Below, in pieces: positions 10,068 through 12,707 of a stretch of 12,707 bases of DNA. The first letter of the stretch is position 1; the number at the start of each line of letters is the position of its first letter. The stretch spans positions 1 through 12,707 of the forward strand of contig NW_021826537.1 in NCBI RefSeq assembly GCF_006345805.1, written 5' to 3'. The stretch is from Octopus sinensis (Eukaryota). Under the pieces are notes generated by a model, which was given only the letters and a program-made list of their open reading frames with translations, had not been told where the DNA came from and searched no databases. The position numbers and the translations under genes were made by a program.

Positions 10068-10492
10068 TGATTTGAGAAAGAAATTAGATGTTTATAGACA
10101 TTTATTTTGAAAAGTCATAAAAATATTTTTAATTTACGCAGTGTTGTAGAGTATAATGTACGTCAATAAATAAATAAAAAGAGAAAGAAAGAAAGAAATG
10201 CAAAAAGAAAGATGAATAAAAATCAGTTTTATAGAGATTCTTGGAAAGTGACATAGGAAGGAGTGAATTAAATAGGAAAATTGATATAGAGAGGAAAATC
10301 GAATGACGTAAACGGCGGAGAGCAACAATATAAAAATTGTAAAAGTGCAGCGAGTTTTGCTAACACAGAGCTTATTAAATATGGCAGAAATAGGCAGCAG
10401 AATTGAAAACGATGAAACTGAGAGAGAAATAGGTGAATAAAATATGAAATATTGTGTGTGTGTGTGTGTGTAAAATGGTTGAATAAAAGCAC

Positions 10493-10566
10493 TTCTCAGT
10501 GGTATAGTCGTTATTATACCCGTCTGTCACGCGACATACCTGGGTTCAATTTTTTTGCCCAGGAAG
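10493..10566 (+). pseudogene. tRNA-Asp(GTC) pseudogene
   Basis: Collinear with eukaryotic tRNA-Asp: TGGTATAGTCGTTATTATA (D arm/A-box), CCCGT-CTGTCAC-GCGAC (anticodon GTC at 10526-10528), ATAC, CTGGG-TTCAATT (B-box). The anticodon and acceptor stems carry mismatches, and the 3' T-stem strand is replaced by a T run. Confidence 0.8.
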
Positions 10567-11635
10567 CTAATTAATTTTTGTAAGCTCATGATATCTTATA
10601 ATAAAAATGAATGTTTACGTCTGAAAAAGAAATATGCGCTCGGAATATATATTCAAAATATTTCGAGAAAGGAACAAAATACTTTCTTTCTCAGATATGT
10701 TAAAAACAAAACAGCATTTAAGATGTTCGTATTGGTACCCGTGCTCCAAACTTTTCTATTTGAAATCTAAATTGGAGTATCTATCTTTAAAATCTCAAAT
10801 ATATTTTGAAAAAGTATTGTTTGCACATCTGACACGATTTCGAAATGTATGTGTATATTGGTTATACCGTAATACGAAATGGTTATCCATTAATAATTTG
10901 CACATTTATTGGTTACTTTTAAAGTAATAGATTAGAGAGCTCGTCAGGCAACTGACATGGAACTGACACGGGTTAGTGTCTATGCGGATTACAAAAGAAT
11001 ACTTGTAAATATTGGACGCCGTTATCGGAGTATAGGACGTTGAAGAAGTATGTGAATAAACGGACCTGTATGTTTTACAGTAAGTTAATTTTATTACATT
11101 GTGGCCTATATAGATATGGTGTATTTAAAACCCATTTCACACGAATAACCAACTTGAGCAAAAATCTTGTTCATGCATATAACGGTTTCAGCTTAATTAC
11201 AGTCAAGAGCAATCTCAAATACTTAATTAATCTTAACATCACATTAGAGTTTAGACACAGATGTACAAAACCTAATGAAACATTAAAGTATATACACAAA
11301 GTACCAACAGCAGTCCATTTATTTTAAAAGATGGTAACCGGCAGGGTTATTCTCGGATACTTGGATTAAGCGCTAAAGTTGGTAGAATGCCTCTTAGAGC
11401 TTCGCACCCCAGTGCGAATTTCTGCTGGAGTTTCTGCCAACAGATTTTGTCATTCTGAAATTACGGTCCAGTTAGTAATATTCGAGTGCATGTATCGCTA
11501 ACAGACAAAGCAAACTCTCGAAGTACGTTTGAAGCTCAATGAAAGAGTGTAGTTTGCCAAAAAAAAGAAGAATATAATAATAGCTAAATCGACTTCAAAT
11601 CACACGTTGCTATCTTACGAAAAAGAACACATTTT

Positions 11636-11726
11636 ATAATGATGGTGATGATGATGATGATGATGATGATGATAACAATGATAACAACAGCAACAATAAC
11701 AGCAGCCACATCAATATGATTACCAT

Positions 11727-11808
<82 letters not shown>

Positions 11809-11835
11809 CGATAATGATAATAACAAAAACAATAA
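11636..11835. repeat. Compound (GAT)n-(CAA)n-(TAA)n microsatellite
   Basis: Read directly. It explains the poly-L/V/I minus-strand ORF 11584-11910. Confidence 0.95.
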
Positions 11836-11844
11836 CGATATGTA

Positions 11845-12235
11845 TATAAGATTACGTATATATGAATGTATGTATTGTATATATATATATGCATATAAAT
11901 ATATATACACATGCGTGCATACATTGGTAGTTATGGGTGGGTATAATTAGGCATATATATATATATATATAAATATATATATATATAGAAATTATATATA
12001 TATATATATATATATTATAAACAGCCATGCATACGTACATTCATATGTATACATAAATATATACATTCGTATATGTATACATGCATATATATACATATAT
12101 ACATGCATATATATATATATATATACATTCATATGTATATATATATACACACACATATATATTATATATATATATACACACACTCACACTTGCATATGTA
12201 TGCAGTGTATATATTATTTATTTATACAATTATAT
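11845..12235. repeat. Degenerate AT/AC low-complexity tract
   Basis: Read directly. Confidence 0.9.
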
Positions 12236-12614
12236 TAGTAATCACTAACAGAATACAGAAGACTGAATGGAGATGTAAACAGTTGTATATAAAGCGAAAA
12301 ATAAAAGCAACTAAAATATAGAAATAATAACCTAAAAATCTAATACATTCTAAAAGTACAGACAATTCAAAAGACAAATTCTTAGCATAAGCTGACTGTT
12401 TTTTCTTTAACATGAAGAAGACAACGTTAAATAACATGAAATACAAATATAAAAACGCATCAAAAGAAATAAAACTAAAAAGACATCAAAAAGGTATAAA
12501 ACTGAAAAATTCTGTTTCTGTCAGAAATGATAAAGGAGATTAAAAAAAAATAATTAACAATAAAATATTTCCTTTCTATGTTTATCCTCAAGAAGCTTCT
12601 CCTCATAAGATGTA

Positions 12615-12707
12615 GGCGCAGGCGCAGGCGTGGCTGCGCGGGTAGAAGTCTGCTTCTCAATCACGTGGTTGCGGGTTTTGTTTCACTACGTGCTACCTTG
12701 CGCAAGA
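12615..12707 (+). mobile_element. 5' head of a second family A SINE (cut by the window edge)
   Basis: GGCGCAGGCGTGGCTGCGCGGGTAGAAG...CACGTGGTTGCGGGTTTTGTTTCACTACGTGCTACCTTGCGCAAG aligns with the reverse complement of 1820-1888. The B-box is decayed and the initial GGCGCA is duplicated. Confidence 0.8.

Noticed and set aside
10930-11550. Coding potential in the unique GC-richer blocks
   Set aside because: All frames examined close within about 30-45 codons, no peptide is recognisable, and there are no convincing paired splice sites.

Overview
AT-rich, repeat-saturated eukaryotic non-coding DNA. The very long AT/AC/CTAT/trinucleotide microsatellites and the SINE types suggest a cephalopod (Octopus-like) genome; this is inference from recalled repeat families, not a database result. 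No intact protein-coding gene is supported. Most ORFs in the supplied track are microsatellite translations, and several use TTG/GTG starts that mean little in a eukaryote. Supported content: four tRNA-headed SINE copies of three families, a decayed Tc1/mariner DD37D (maT-like) transposase fragment interrupted at its second catalytic Asp by a SINE with a 9-bp TSD, a tRNA-Asp(GTC) pseudogene, and many simple repeats. The most interesting signals are RNA-level. (1) A minimal type I hammerhead ribozyme with a near-complete core lies on the minus strand at 4783-4818, with two decayed hammerhead-like relics at about 4269-4317 and 10031-10067, in Penelope-like repeat contexts. (2) A 392-bp GC-rich retroposon at 2390-2781 has a 7-bp TSD, a short-repeat tail and a highly structured 5' region. 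It looks like an RTE-derived non-autonomous element, and I could not fit its 5' fold to any known ribozyme class.
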